From a virus: a stretch of DNA of 64,000 nt. A model generated the notes under the pieces. It was not told the DNA's origin, did no database searches, and saw nothing but the letters and a program-made list of their open reading frames with translations. Location of the stretch: IMG/VR virus record IMGVR_UViG_3300046000_004279, positions 1 through 64,000 of that record, one strand, 5' to 3'. Position 1 is the first letter of the stretch; each line of letters starts with the position of its first letter. The position numbers were made by a program, and so were the translations under genes. Positions 1 through 8,969 of this stretch are shown one piece after another.

Positions 1-1
1 T

Positions 2-454
2 AGTGCAGCAGGCGCTTTGGCAGGCTCCGTAATAGGTGCACTGTATGGTGCATTTGTCATTTATGCAGACTACATGAGTATGAAAGAAATCATACTGAAC
101 ATTGACGTTGCTGCAATTGATGCTAAGAATGAACTCATTGACACTAAACTAGAAGAAGCGATTTCGTACACCAAAGACATTAAGAACAGTCTAAAAGAAG
201 ATATCACTAGACTAGAAACGTCTGTTGATAGATCAGAGCAACGTGTTAAAGATGCTCAATCAAACATCGAATCTGGCATTGAGTCGATGACATCTGACAA
301 CAATCAGTTGCAGAAGGATGTTACTGAGTCTATCAGAGAAGTTGAATCCAATAACCGAACTGTTGAAAAAGATTTGAGAGCTGCGATGCGTCAGTTAGAG
401 ACTGATCTAAATCAAAAACTACAAGAGGCACTAAACAACCCTCTTTCAAAATAG
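2..454 (+). CDS. Hypothetical membrane-anchored coiled-coil protein (5' truncated)
   Basis: Frame is open from the window start; hydrophobic segment followed by a long heptad-rich helix. Confidence 0.7.
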   Translation, partial: SAAGALAGSVIGALYGAFVIYADYMSMKEIILNIDVAAIDAKNELIDTKLEEAISYTKDIKNSLKEDITRLETSVDRSEQRVKDAQSNIESGIESMTSDNNQLQKDVTESIREVESNNRTVEKDLRAAMRQLETDLNQKLQEALNNPLSK

Positions 455-462
455 TAAATGTT

Positions 463-903
463 TTGATGCGGATAGTTGTGCTCTTTATAATTTTACTATT
501 TGCATTTAGTACGCCATGCAAAGGTTCTACTAAACAAGACATCATATGTCTAGCCAAGAACATATACTTTGAAGCCAACAACCAATCATATGTTGGTCAA
601 CAAGCTGTTGCGTGGGTAACATTAAACAGAGTTTATAGTGGTGACTATCCAAATACCATTTGTGGTGTAGTTTTTCAGTACAAACAGTTTAGTTGGACGA
701 TTGATGGAAAGCATAGAAACCCTCGTAGTGTCAAGAAGTTTTCAGTAGCTTTGGCTGCAGCCATATCTGTCTATAATAACTATGGGCGAGTAAAAGATCC
801 GACTCAAGGTGCTACGATGTATCACACAGTGTACATAGTGCCCTATTGGCAGAAAGATTACAATCCCACAGTTATCATAGGCGATCACATATTCTTAAAA
901 TGA
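463..903 (+). CDS. Cell wall hydrolase, SleB/Hydrolase_2 family
   Basis: CLAKNIYFEA, AVAWVTLNRV, PNTICGVV, QFSW, DPTQGATMYH and IGDHIF motifs; signal peptide. Confidence 0.9.
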   Translation: MMRIVVLFIILLFAFSTPCKGSTKQDIICLAKNIYFEANNQSYVGQQAVAWVTLNRVYSGDYPNTICGVVFQYKQFSWTIDGKHRNPRSVKKFSVALAAAISVYNNYGRVKDPTQGATMYHTVYIVPYWQKDYNPTVIIGDHIFLK

Positions 904-1179
904 TTACTCTTGATCTTTTTTCTTACGAGAAGATCCTTGACCACTCAACATAATACCAGACAGCGTACCTGTCAAGAATGTTGCGATTGGTTGAATTAAT
1001 TCAAAGAACTTCATGTCGTTTGGTGAGACAGACATTGGTTGTGTCACGTGAATAAGTGAATATAGAACAGCAAAGATTGTTCCAGTGAGAGTGAATGCAA
1101 GACATACCCCAACGATAAAACGCAGCTTCGCATTAAGCTCTTCTACGATATCTCTTGGTTCAGTTGGTTGTTCGCTCAT
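904..1179 (-). CDS. Hypothetical protein with two transmembrane segments
   Basis: Two hydrophobic helices; overlaps the upstream minus-strand ORF. Confidence 0.65.
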   Translation of the reverse strand: MSEQPTEPRDIVEELNAKLRFIVGVCLAFTLTGTIFAVLYSLIHVTQPMSVSPNDMKFFELIQPIATFLTGTLSGIMLSGQGSSRKKKDQE

Positions 1180-1499
1180 GGGGTTCCTCCTTGGGTTTCA
1201 ATATCAGTTAATATTTGGTCAATTGGTTCCTCAGCGACAGCTTCTGACTGTGGCTCTGGATTCAAGATTTCAGGTGCTGTTTCCAACACTTGTGCTGCAG
1301 CTTCGCCGTCATACACTAGGTCCTTTGTGCATACCCCTGCAGCTTCACACATTGGTGGCTGGCAGATTGGGTTTTCCCAATTAGCTGGGTCTTGGCACTC
1401 ATAACGATAAGTGTCTTCAGAAGCGAAGACGAATACTATTCCAAGGAGTAGAGCGACAACAGGAAGATACAGGTACATTTTTAAAACGATCTGTTTCAT
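1176..1499 (-). CDS. Hypothetical membrane/exported Cys-rich protein
   Basis: N-terminal hydrophobic helix, YRYECQDP..C..P.C...G.C motif; minus-strand TATAAATA upstream. Confidence 0.65.
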   Translation of the reverse strand: MKQIVLKMYLYLPVVALLLGIVFVFASEDTYRYECQDPANWENPICQPPMCEAAGVCTKDLVYDGEAAAQVLETAPEILNPEPQSEAVAEEPIDQILTDIETQGGTP

Positions 1500-1539
1500 A
1501 CATTACCTACTTTCTGTTATGTAAACCATGTTTACGCGG

Positions 1540-1547
1540 TATTTATA
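1540..1547 (-). promoter_or_regulatory. T4-type late promoter (TATAAATA) for 1499-904
   Basis: TATTTATA on the + strand about 40 nt before the minus-strand start. Confidence 0.7.
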
Positions 1548-1582
1548 ATTGCGCGATCTTCCGCGCATGGTGCCTTTTGTAG

Positions 1583-1613
1583 TTGACTTGTTGTTTAGGC
1601 TATGGTATAAATA
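1583..1613 (+). promoter_or_regulatory. Overlapping sigma70 (TTGACT-17-TATAAA) and late (TATAAATA) promoters
   Basis: TTGACT 1583-1588; TATAAATA 1606-1613. Confidence 0.65.
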
Positions 1614-1643
1614 AGTCACCTGTAACAACAAACGGAAACAGTA

Positions 1644-2186
1644 ATGAAACTTGGCACAAAGATTGGCTTGATCGGCAGTATTGCTGTGATTGCCTCAATG
1701 ATCGCTATAGGAGTAGATTCCGCTGATGCAAGAAGCAACTTCGATCAAATCGTTATTAGTAATACTGAAGTTGATAGACTACAATACATTGAAATTAGTA
1801 AACAAATTAACTGCCTTGCTGAAAACATTTACTTTGAAGCAAGAGGAGAGTCGAACCTTGGCCAAATGGCTGTAGCATGGGTCACTCTCAATCGCGTACA
1901 AGATCCCAATTTTCCTAACACCATATGTGAAGTGGTGTGGGAAGATGGTCAGTTTAGCTGGACGCAAGATGGTAAATCTGATGCCATAACTGACCAAATA
2001 GCTTGGGTGGATGCTCTAACAACCGCATGGTTAGTGTACAACACCCAAGATCGTCAATTTGACCCTACAGATGGTGCAACAATGTTTCATGCTACTTACG
2101 TTAAACCAAAATGGCGTAAAGAGTATGATCAAACCAGTCGAATTGACAACCATGTGTTTTACAAAAACTTCGTAAAACCTTCATAA
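1644..2186 (+). CDS. Cell wall hydrolase, SleB/Hydrolase_2 family (second copy)
   Basis: CLAENIYFEARGE, AVAWVTLNRV, QFSW, DPTDGATMFHA and IDNHVFY motifs. Confidence 0.92.
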   Translation: MKLGTKIGLIGSIAVIASMIAIGVDSADARSNFDQIVISNTEVDRLQYIEISKQINCLAENIYFEARGESNLGQMAVAWVTLNRVQDPNFPNTICEVVWEDGQFSWTQDGKSDAITDQIAWVDALTTAWLVYNTQDRQFDPTDGATMFHATYVKPKWRKEYDQTSRIDNHVFYKNFVKPS

Positions 2187-2222
2187 AAACGTTAACACAT
2201 TTTTACAATTTAACTCATAAAT
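2167..2222 (+). promoter_or_regulatory. Pho-box-like tandem ~11-bp repeats upstream of pstS
   Basis: ACTTCGTAAAA, CCTTCATAAAA, CGTTAACACAT, TTTTTACAATT and AACTCATAAAT at 10-12 nt period; resemble CTGTCATAAAA. Confidence 0.5.
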
Positions 2223-2270
2223 ATCCCCGAAGCAATGGGGCTTCAAACATATACACATTAAGGAAATCTA

Positions 2271-3260
2271 ATGAAACTTACACTAGCCGTTCTCGCGACT
2301 ATTCTTGCTATGCCTACTTTTGCGTATGCTGAAAATAATATCCACATCACTGGATCCTCAACCGTACTACCATTCTCAACTATTGCGGCTGAATATTTTG
2401 GTGAAAATTCAGGGTTTGAAACTCCTATTGTTGAAGGTGGCGGCACTGGTGCTGGCATCTCTAAATTCTGTGAAAGCGCTGATGAAAATTCAGTTGACAT
2501 TACGGGCGCTTCACGTAAGATGAAGTCCAGTGAATTGTCACTATGCCGTACAAATGGCGTAAACGATGTACTAGAAGTTCGTATTGGATACGATGGTATC
2601 GTATTTGCATCTGATGCCAATGGCCCAGAGTTTGCCTTTACTCCATCCGATTGGTTCAACGCACTTGCTGCTGAGGTTGAAGTTAATGGTAAACTTGTTC
2701 CAAACCCATACACTAAATGGTCAGAAGTGGATCCAAAACTTCCTGATCAGGAGATCATGGTATTCGTCCCGGGTACCAAGCACGGCACACGTGAAGTGTT
2801 TGACCTAAAGGTTATCACTGTGGGTTGTACTGTGTTCAAAACAGACAAACTGTTCAAAGCTCGTGACGGCAAGGCGGATGGCTGCACAGCACTTCGTCAA
2901 GATGGTCGTGCTGTAGAAATTGATGGAGACTACACCGAAACACTACAACGTCTTCAAGCTAACCCAGAAGCGGTTGGTGTGTTTGGTCTTTCGTTCTATG
3001 AGAACAACACAGATAAACTACGTGTAGCTACTTTCCAAGGCGTAGTTCCTACAAGAGAAACTATCGCTTCTGGCAAATACAGAGTATCACGCCCATTGTT
3101 CATCTACGTTAAGACACAACACTATGGTTCAACTACTGGTCTAAAAGAGTTCGCACAGTACATGGTATCTGACGAATTGGCTGGACCTGATGGTATCATG
3201 GTTGAAGCGGGTCTTGTTGCTGATCCTAAGCTAGCAGAGACGCAAGCTAAAGTTCAGTAA
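2271..3260 (+). CDS. pstS: Phosphate ABC transporter substrate-binding protein
   Basis: Signal peptide; ITGSSTVLP, GGTGAG, ASRKMK, GYDGIV, GTREVF and SRPLFIY motifs. Confidence 0.93.
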   Translation: MKLTLAVLATILAMPTFAYAENNIHITGSSTVLPFSTIAAEYFGENSGFETPIVEGGGTGAGISKFCESADENSVDITGASRKMKSSELSLCRTNGVNDVLEVRIGYDGIVFASDANGPEFAFTPSDWFNALAAEVEVNGKLVPNPYTKWSEVDPKLPDQEIMVFVPGTKHGTREVFDLKVITVGCTVFKTDKLFKARDGKADGCTALRQDGRAVEIDGDYTETLQRLQANPEAVGVFGLSFYENNTDKLRVATFQGVVPTRETIASGKYRVSRPLFIYVKTQHYGSTTGLKEFAQYMVSDELAGPDGIMVEAGLVADPKLAETQAKVQ

Positions 3261-3284
3261 TCGATAATAACAGACACCTAAATA

Positions 3285-3316
3285 GAAAAGGAGAGGGGGA
3301 GACCTTTCTCCTTTTC
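3285..3316 (+). terminator. Hairpin after pstS (probable terminator)
   Basis: GAAAAGGAGAGG/CCTTTCTCCTTTTC inverted repeat. Confidence 0.55.
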
Positions 3317-3339
3317 GCATTAACAATTGAGTATGATTT

Positions 3340-5232
3340 ATGAACAATGATATGTTGGTGTTGCAAACCCTTGCACCAAAAGTTATAAACAAATCTCCAC
3401 GTAATTTTATTGAGCCTGTAACTGTAGAATACAGCGCCACAAGAAAAACTAAAATAACCTTTGCGTTATTTGGATCTTGGTCAATCCAAATGCCGCCATA
3501 CGGGCTGGCAAGGTTGGTGGCATTAACAAGAGCATCAGGATACAACACCCAAGTTTATGATTTTAATGTACAGTCGTACTACGATCTAAAAGCAGAAGAT
3601 CCAGAACTCGCTGGCGCCTATGAAGTCGCGAACTATTGGTGGTGGGAAGAACCATACTATTCACAAAAGATATTTCCAGTATATCAACACTTGTTGCAAG
3701 AATACGTTGATAAGATCCTTGAAGGTGAACCTGACATTGTTGGGCTTAGTGTTTACTACACAAACATTCTATCAACCACTTGGGTAGTCAATGAGATCAA
3801 AAGAAGAAGCCCTCAAACCACTATTATATTTGGCGGGCCACAATGTAATGAAGGTCACTTTGAAAAACCAGATAACGTCGATTACTATTTTATGGGTGAG
3901 AGTGAGCAAACCATACTAGACTTTCTCAACAATTGGGAGAATGGTATAAAACCAGATGCCCCCAAAGTCGGCATGTTGTTTGGTAAAGTTCGTGTGGATA
4001 TTGACAGTTTACCGCTTCCTGATTATTCAAGCTTTAGTCTATACAAATATACACTGCCTAACTCCATATGCACCGAACTAAGTAGGGGATGTGTTGCAAG
4101 GTGTACATACTGTAGTGAGGTGTGGTATTGGAAATTTAGAGACAGAGATGCAATAGCTATTGTTGATGAATTGGAATATCAAGTAAAAAAATACAACTTA
4201 AATTTTGTATTCTTTGTTGATAGTTTGGTCAATGGTAACGTCAACGGATTAAAAAGATTCTGTGAAGAACTGATTGACAGAAAATTGAATATTCATTGGT
4301 GGGCATATGCTCGTATCGATGGTAGAATGGATTTAGATTTCTACAAGTTGTTAAAAAAATCTGGATGTATTGGTCTTAACTACGGTGTTGAGTCTGGCAG
4401 TGATAAAGTTCTTATGGCGATCAACAAAAAGAACACTGTTGTTGAAATCAATCAAAACCTTATCGATAGTCAAATTGCTGGCATGAATGCAACCGTGTGT
4501 TGGGTGATTGGTGCGCCTGGCGAAGACATCGAAGCTATGAACCATAGTTTCAACTGTGTTTGGAATCACAGAACGCGGATCTTTGCAATCAGTCCAGGTC
4601 CTGGTCTTGGTGACAATATTGGATCCGCATACGATGATCGAAAAAAGTACAATATGAACGAACGAGATCAGTACTGGCTTAAGGGTTGGTATACGTTAGA
4701 TTTTACAAACACTAGATTGCACAGATATATTCGAATCAAGTTGATGCATATTTGGTTAGACTTGTGCAACACGTTTGATGGGTCTATAATCAACTCACAC
4801 ACTGTGGGGGACATAAAAAAACACTACACTGTTAAATTTGATGACAATATTCCTCGTGAAAATGTTCAGTATGAGAATTTTGATTACAACATCATTGAAT
4901 CTGGTTTTGGCGTGTTTGCTGATACATCAATGAATGAAGTGTTTGGTTTTCTGCGAATGTTGTGGAGAACAAAAGGAGCATACGAGATTAACATCAAGTT
5001 TAACCCAGATCTTGATTATAAGTCCTTTGCGTTTTGTATTGATCCACCGTTTCAAACATATGTTGCAGATATCAACTTTAAGATTGATGCACATGGTAAC
5101 TATACTGTCAACAACATGTACAGCTTTGAGAACCTAGACAGACTGTCTTTTATTGGTGACAAAGACTATCAGTACACATATAAATCATCTGGTACATGGT
5201 GTGATCCAAAAGGCACAGTTGAGAAAGTTTAG
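3340..5232 (+). CDS. B12-binding-domain radical SAM protein
   Basis: PPYGLARL and IFGGPQ cobalamin-domain motifs; SRGCVARCTYC; GVESGS. Confidence 0.88.
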   Translation: MNNDMLVLQTLAPKVINKSPRNFIEPVTVEYSATRKTKITFALFGSWSIQMPPYGLARLVALTRASGYNTQVYDFNVQSYYDLKAEDPELAGAYEVANYWWWEEPYYSQKIFPVYQHLLQEYVDKILEGEPDIVGLSVYYTNILSTTWVVNEIKRRSPQTTIIFGGPQCNEGHFEKPDNVDYYFMGESEQTILDFLNNWENGIKPDAPKVGMLFGKVRVDIDSLPLPDYSSFSLYKYTLPNSICTELSRGCVARCTYCSEVWYWKFRDRDAIAIVDELEYQVKKYNLNFVFFVDSLVNGNVNGLKRFCEELIDRKLNIHWWAYARIDGRMDLDFYKLLKKSGCIGLNYGVESGSDKVLMAINKKNTVVEINQNLIDSQIAGMNATVCWVIGAPGEDIEAMNHSFNCVWNHRTRIFAISPGPGLGDNIGSAYDDRKKYNMNERDQYWLKGWYTLDFTNTRLHRYIRIKLMHIWLDLCNTFDGSIINSHTVGDIKKHYTVKFDDNIPRENVQYENFDYNIIESGFGVFADTSMNEVFGFLRMLWRTKGAYEINIKFNPDLDYKSFAFCIDPPFQTYVADINFKIDAHGNYTVNNMYSFENLDRLSFIGDKDYQYTYKSSGTWCDPKGTVEKV

Positions 5233-5241
5233 AAATAGATA

Positions 5242-5270
5242 TTGACACAATTGAGTTTTTCGTTTACTAT
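5242..5270 (+). promoter_or_regulatory. sigma70 promoter of tmRNA
   Basis: TTGACA-17 nt-TACTAT. Confidence 0.8.
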
Positions 5271-5276
5271 ATAAAT

Positions 5277-5585
5277 TGTAAACGTTGAAGCAACGTGGAC
5301 ACATTCTGGACTCGGGGGCGGTACCCGACGACTCCACCACAGATACACAGGCCGCAACAGGTTTTGATGGGCTCTTATGAGCAAAGTAGCGTGAAAGTCG
5401 TTACACTGTGTATCTTTGCTGGGGTCGAAATAGGATCGACAGGTGTGAAGATGACGTGGAGTTTACCGGATGGCCTCGTATCGGCCGCTAAACTAAATGC
5501 AAACGATAATTTTGCTCCTCAGGCTTACGCACTAGCTGCATAAGCACTTGGGTATGGTTCCACCTAGAAACAGAACGGGCCGCTA
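5277..5585 (+). ncRNA. ssrA: Circularly permuted two-piece tmRNA (alphaproteobacterial type); tag ANDNFAPQAYALAA
   Basis: Acceptor piece ends ...CGACTCCACCA (5339); coding piece starts GGGGTCGAAATAGGATCGAC (5421); G3-U70 pair; tag frame 5499-5543; outer ends approximate. Confidence 0.93.
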
Positions 5586-5614
5586 AACATGTTTAACAAA
5601 ATAGGACTACTCTA

Positions 5615-6010
5615 ATGAAAACTTTTCTTATGACCGCTGCTGCTGTTCTCGCTCTTTCTGCTGGATCAGCTTCCGCTCTTGATTTTGGCACTACTGGTGT
5701 TGCTTTGAACACTGAAGTGACCAGCGAGTACAACATCGACACCGCGCTGTTCACTGTTGTATCGACTCCAGAGCTTGCTTACTCTCCAATCGAAAGTCTT
5801 GGTCTGTATGTCAACACTGATCTAACCCTCTATGATGGTACTGATGTAATGGTGTTTGACGAGAGTGCTTTCACAGGATTGACTGTTGGTGCTACTTACG
5901 TTCCAAACCTCAGCCTAGGCAAGACTTCTGTCGAGCTTTACATCGAGTCAACTTTCGATGCAGATCTTCTACGTACAGATGCAGTTCTTGGTGCTACTCT
6001 TAGCTTCTGA
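5615..6010 (+). CDS. Small outer-membrane beta-barrel-like protein
   Basis: Ala-rich signal peptide (ASA), alternating beta-strand pattern, C-terminal Phe (GATLSF). Confidence 0.6.
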   Translation: MKTFLMTAAAVLALSAGSASALDFGTTGVALNTEVTSEYNIDTALFTVVSTPELAYSPIESLGLYVNTDLTLYDGTDVMVFDESAFTGLTVGATYVPNLSLGKTSVELYIESTFDADLLRTDAVLGATLSF

Positions 6011-6018
6011 TATAAATA
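6011..6018 (+). promoter_or_regulatory. Late promoter TATAAATA
   Basis: Exact consensus. Confidence 0.65.
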
Positions 6019-6047
6019 CTGTTCGGGTGGTCACGTAATAGACTCGT

Positions 6048-6075
6048 GCCGCGCCAAGGTTAGCGCGGCTTTTTT
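6048..6075 (+). terminator. Rho-independent terminator
   Basis: GCCGCGC/GCGCGGC stem followed by T6. Confidence 0.75.
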
Positions 6076-6089
6076 ATTGGAGAAACACA

Positions 6090-6386
6090 ATGCCAGTTTA
6101 TCTACACTACGATTCAATTTATACTGACTCTGCTGCATTTAATGCAAACGATATTACAGTTAATGATGTTACGCGTAAAATTTATTATAAGCATGTTGAT
6201 AATGGTAATATTATTAGTTGGAACAAGCAGGATTTTCCAGAAACTTTAACCAAAACCATTTCAATTGGTTATCGGGATAGTGATGCTTATGACAGCCACA
6301 TCAATGAAGTAAAATCAACAGTTGATACGGATACCGAGTTAAGTTACGTGACAAATACAAACTATAGGATGACAAACTCTATATAA
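6090..6386 (+). CDS. Hypothetical protein
   Basis: GGAGA RBS; 98-aa ORF. Confidence 0.65.
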   Translation: MPVYLHYDSIYTDSAAFNANDITVNDVTRKIYYKHVDNGNIISWNKQDFPETLTKTISIGYRDSDAYDSHINEVKSTVDTDTELSYVTNTNYRMTNSI

Positions 6387-6412
6387 ATTACTATTGATTT
6401 ACAGGATATGTT

Positions 6413-7342
6413 ATGAAACACGAAATAGGTATGGACTATTCTGACATTTTGGCTACACGTAAAGGTAAAAGAGATTTACCATTTGTACTGAAATTAAAGA
6501 AGAAGATTGATATAGATGCAGCTAAAGAACAGCTTGATGTGTATCTCAATCAGTTAGCTGATGACAAGACATTCAAATATGATAAGGCTAGCACCGAGCA
6601 CAATTATGATCTTGTTAATACAAAGGGTGAGAACTTTGTTGCTAACTACGAAGACATTTACAAAACATACGCCAAGATAGGCTTTCAAAGTCTAACCGAT
6701 GATGCACTCCGCGTTGCTGCAAACATCAAGCGTAAGGTCGAAGAATACACGCCCTACGAGCGTGCTAAGGGGATGCGCCACACATCTAGTGCTAACTATC
6801 ACCCATACTATGATGAGCGCAACTATACCAAGCCTACAGAATTCTACGATGGTTACTTTGGCAAGTTTTTAGACAGCTTCAAAGATGAGGCTTGTCGCTC
6901 CGCTATTGTTACACTAGAGCCAAGTAAGTTTCTTTCTCCCCATTTTGACATTGGCCCAGAATATGTTTTGAGATTGCAAATTCCTCTGATTACTAATACC
7001 GCTGCTGTGATGGGGTTCCGCAAAGATGCTGACACGTGGCACGAATACCATCTACCTGCGGATGGTTCAATATACTGCGTCAATAGCGGTTGGGAACACT
7101 ATGCTGTTAACAATGGCTTTGATAATAGGTACAATCTGCGCGTTTGTCTCAATGGTCAGCTTGAGTTAGCAGATGCTGAAGAGGTTATTCCAACTCAAGT
7201 GTTTAGTCACGAGGTGTTCAGTATGCGCCCGGAAAGTGGTAGCTATTATGGAACAAATGATAACAACTTGATGGCAAGTGCATTAACAGAGCTCGGTATG
7301 AACTCTGAGCATTATACAAAATATGCAGCGGCTAAGGTGTAA
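6413..7342 (+). CDS. Asp/Asn beta-hydroxylase-like 2OG-Fe(II) oxygenase
   Basis: PHFD...RLQIPLITN...HLPADG...NSGWEHYAVN...R. Confidence 0.8.
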   Translation: MKHEIGMDYSDILATRKGKRDLPFVLKLKKKIDIDAAKEQLDVYLNQLADDKTFKYDKASTEHNYDLVNTKGENFVANYEDIYKTYAKIGFQSLTDDALRVAANIKRKVEEYTPYERAKGMRHTSSANYHPYYDERNYTKPTEFYDGYFGKFLDSFKDEACRSAIVTLEPSKFLSPHFDIGPEYVLRLQIPLITNTAAVMGFRKDADTWHEYHLPADGSIYCVNSGWEHYAVNNGFDNRYNLRVCLNGQLELADAEEVIPTQVFSHEVFSMRPESGSYYGTNDNNLMASALTELGMNSEHYTKYAAAKV

Positions 7343-7345
7343 ATT

Positions 7346-8116
7346 ATGATATTTACAAATGAATATAAGATAAAGCTAATCTTGATTTTTAACCACATAG
7401 CTGTGGTTGTTGGACTATTTGTCGCCGACTACCATTGGTTAATATTATCACTTGTTGGATGGATCTTAATAAATCGAGTTGGTGGTGAAATTGGATTGCA
7501 CAGATATTTTTCACATGGAAGTTTTAAAACCTCTAAGTGGAAAGAAAAATTGCTGTTTATACTTGCAACATTTAACTGCGTAGGATCTCCTATGATGTGG
7601 GTCGGTATTCATCGTAAGCACCATGCAAATAGCGATAATGAAAAAGATCCCCATGGCAGTCAATCTATATTGAGAATATGGTCAACATTTTGGAAACCAT
7701 TTACTATTGAACCAAAGTATCTTGTTGATATGATGAGAAGCCCAACCCATAGATTTTTTCACAAACATTATTTTAAAATTCTCATTTTAAGTTATATTGC
7801 ACTGGGTCTAATTGCGTGGCAAATACCTGTATTTTTAATTAGCGCAAGTAGCTTAATAACTATACACAGTGCAGGATTAGTTAACTCTTTGTGTCACAAA
7901 TATGGGTATAGAAATTTCAAAACAAAAGATTTAAGCACAAACAATACATTTATAAACATACTAACTCTTGGTAGTGGTTTACATAACAACCATCACGCAG
8001 ATCCTATGAATTACTCTAACAAAGTAAAAAAATATGAGTTTGATTTTCCAGCATGGATTATCAAAAACTTTTTGATGCAAGGTACAAATAATGATAGTTC
8101 ACAGATCAACTCTTAA
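7346..8116 (+). CDS. Membrane fatty acid desaturase (delta-9 type)
   Basis: His boxes HRYFSH, HRKHH and HNNHH; DPH motif; TM helices. Confidence 0.92.
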   Translation: MIFTNEYKIKLILIFNHIAVVVGLFVADYHWLILSLVGWILINRVGGEIGLHRYFSHGSFKTSKWKEKLLFILATFNCVGSPMMWVGIHRKHHANSDNEKDPHGSQSILRIWSTFWKPFTIEPKYLVDMMRSPTHRFFHKHYFKILILSYIALGLIAWQIPVFLISASSLITIHSAGLVNSLCHKYGYRNFKTKDLSTNNTFINILTLGSGLHNNHHADPMNYSNKVKKYEFDFPAWIIKNFLMQGTNNDSSQINS

Positions 8117-8969
8117 TCCGCGTGTACGAACTCTTAAAGACTGTATATCGCCATTAGATCTAATGCCTCGTAGTGAACAAGGGGCCAAGATCATACATCA
8201 GTATGAACAAGACAATCCAATAATTCTAAACATTAGACATCGTCCTCATATCAGACTAAACATAGAAAAGTTTGATCTTGAAGCAGCACGAAAAGAAGTT
8301 GATCAGTTCTATCAAAGCAATGACTTCATGCAGTTGAACATGAAAGGCATTTCGTTAGATAGTGGTGGGCGCCCATACGACTATGATGGTTATCACTCGT
8401 GGTGGTCAAGTAGAGCTCTTGTAAACTATATTCCACAATCTAAAGGGGTATGGGGTAAAGACGATAGAGAACTTGCAATAAAAGAGTATCCACAATACCA
8501 ACAACGAGCATCTAAAATAGAAGGTCATCGGCCGTTTCTCCAAGATATGGATTTCTATAAAACTGAAGTATGGGATGCATTACCATACATTACTGATTAT
8601 ATTATGACAAATATATGCAGCGATTTTAAATATATGCGCCGAACACATTTGTATAAAATGAATCCAAGAGGTTGTTTAACTTTTCATAATCATAGATTAC
8701 TTCCATGGGAAACAGAAGAAGCTCCTCACGATGAGGGGATCATTCACATCCCTTTGTACACCCATGAAAATTGCAAGATGTTGACTCAGATTGGCGATAG
8801 TGATTGGATTGACGCCCAGCACTATGCGGAAGGGGAAGGCTGGCTGCTCAATACATACATGAATCACGCTGTAGATGCAACATCCTGCCCAATTGATAGA
8901 CTTCATTTAACCATTATGGTTGATTTTGCAGATCCAAAGTTTGCAAAGCTATTGGAGAATAGTTTGTGA
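8091..8969 (+). CDS. Asp/Asn beta-hydroxylase-like cupin oxygenase
   Basis: FHNH...IHIPLYTH...WLLNTYMNHAV...RLHL. Confidence 0.7.
   Translation: MIVHRSTLNPRVRTLKDCISPLDLMPRSEQGAKIIHQYEQDNPIILNIRHRPHIRLNIEKFDLEAARKEVDQFYQSNDFMQLNMKGISLDSGGRPYDYDGYHSWWSSRALVNYIPQSKGVWGKDDRELAIKEYPQYQQRASKIEGHRPFLQDMDFYKTEVWDALPYITDYIMTNICSDFKYMRRTHLYKMNPRGCLTFHNHRLLPWETEEAPHDEGIIHIPLYTHENCKMLTQIGDSDWIDAQHYAEGEGWLLNTYMNHAVDATSCPIDRLHLTIMVDFADPKFAKLLENSL

Noticed and set aside
5295-5543. 82-aa ORF ending ANDNFAPQAYALAA
   Set aside because: It is the tmRNA tag frame extended through RNA structure, not a protein gene.
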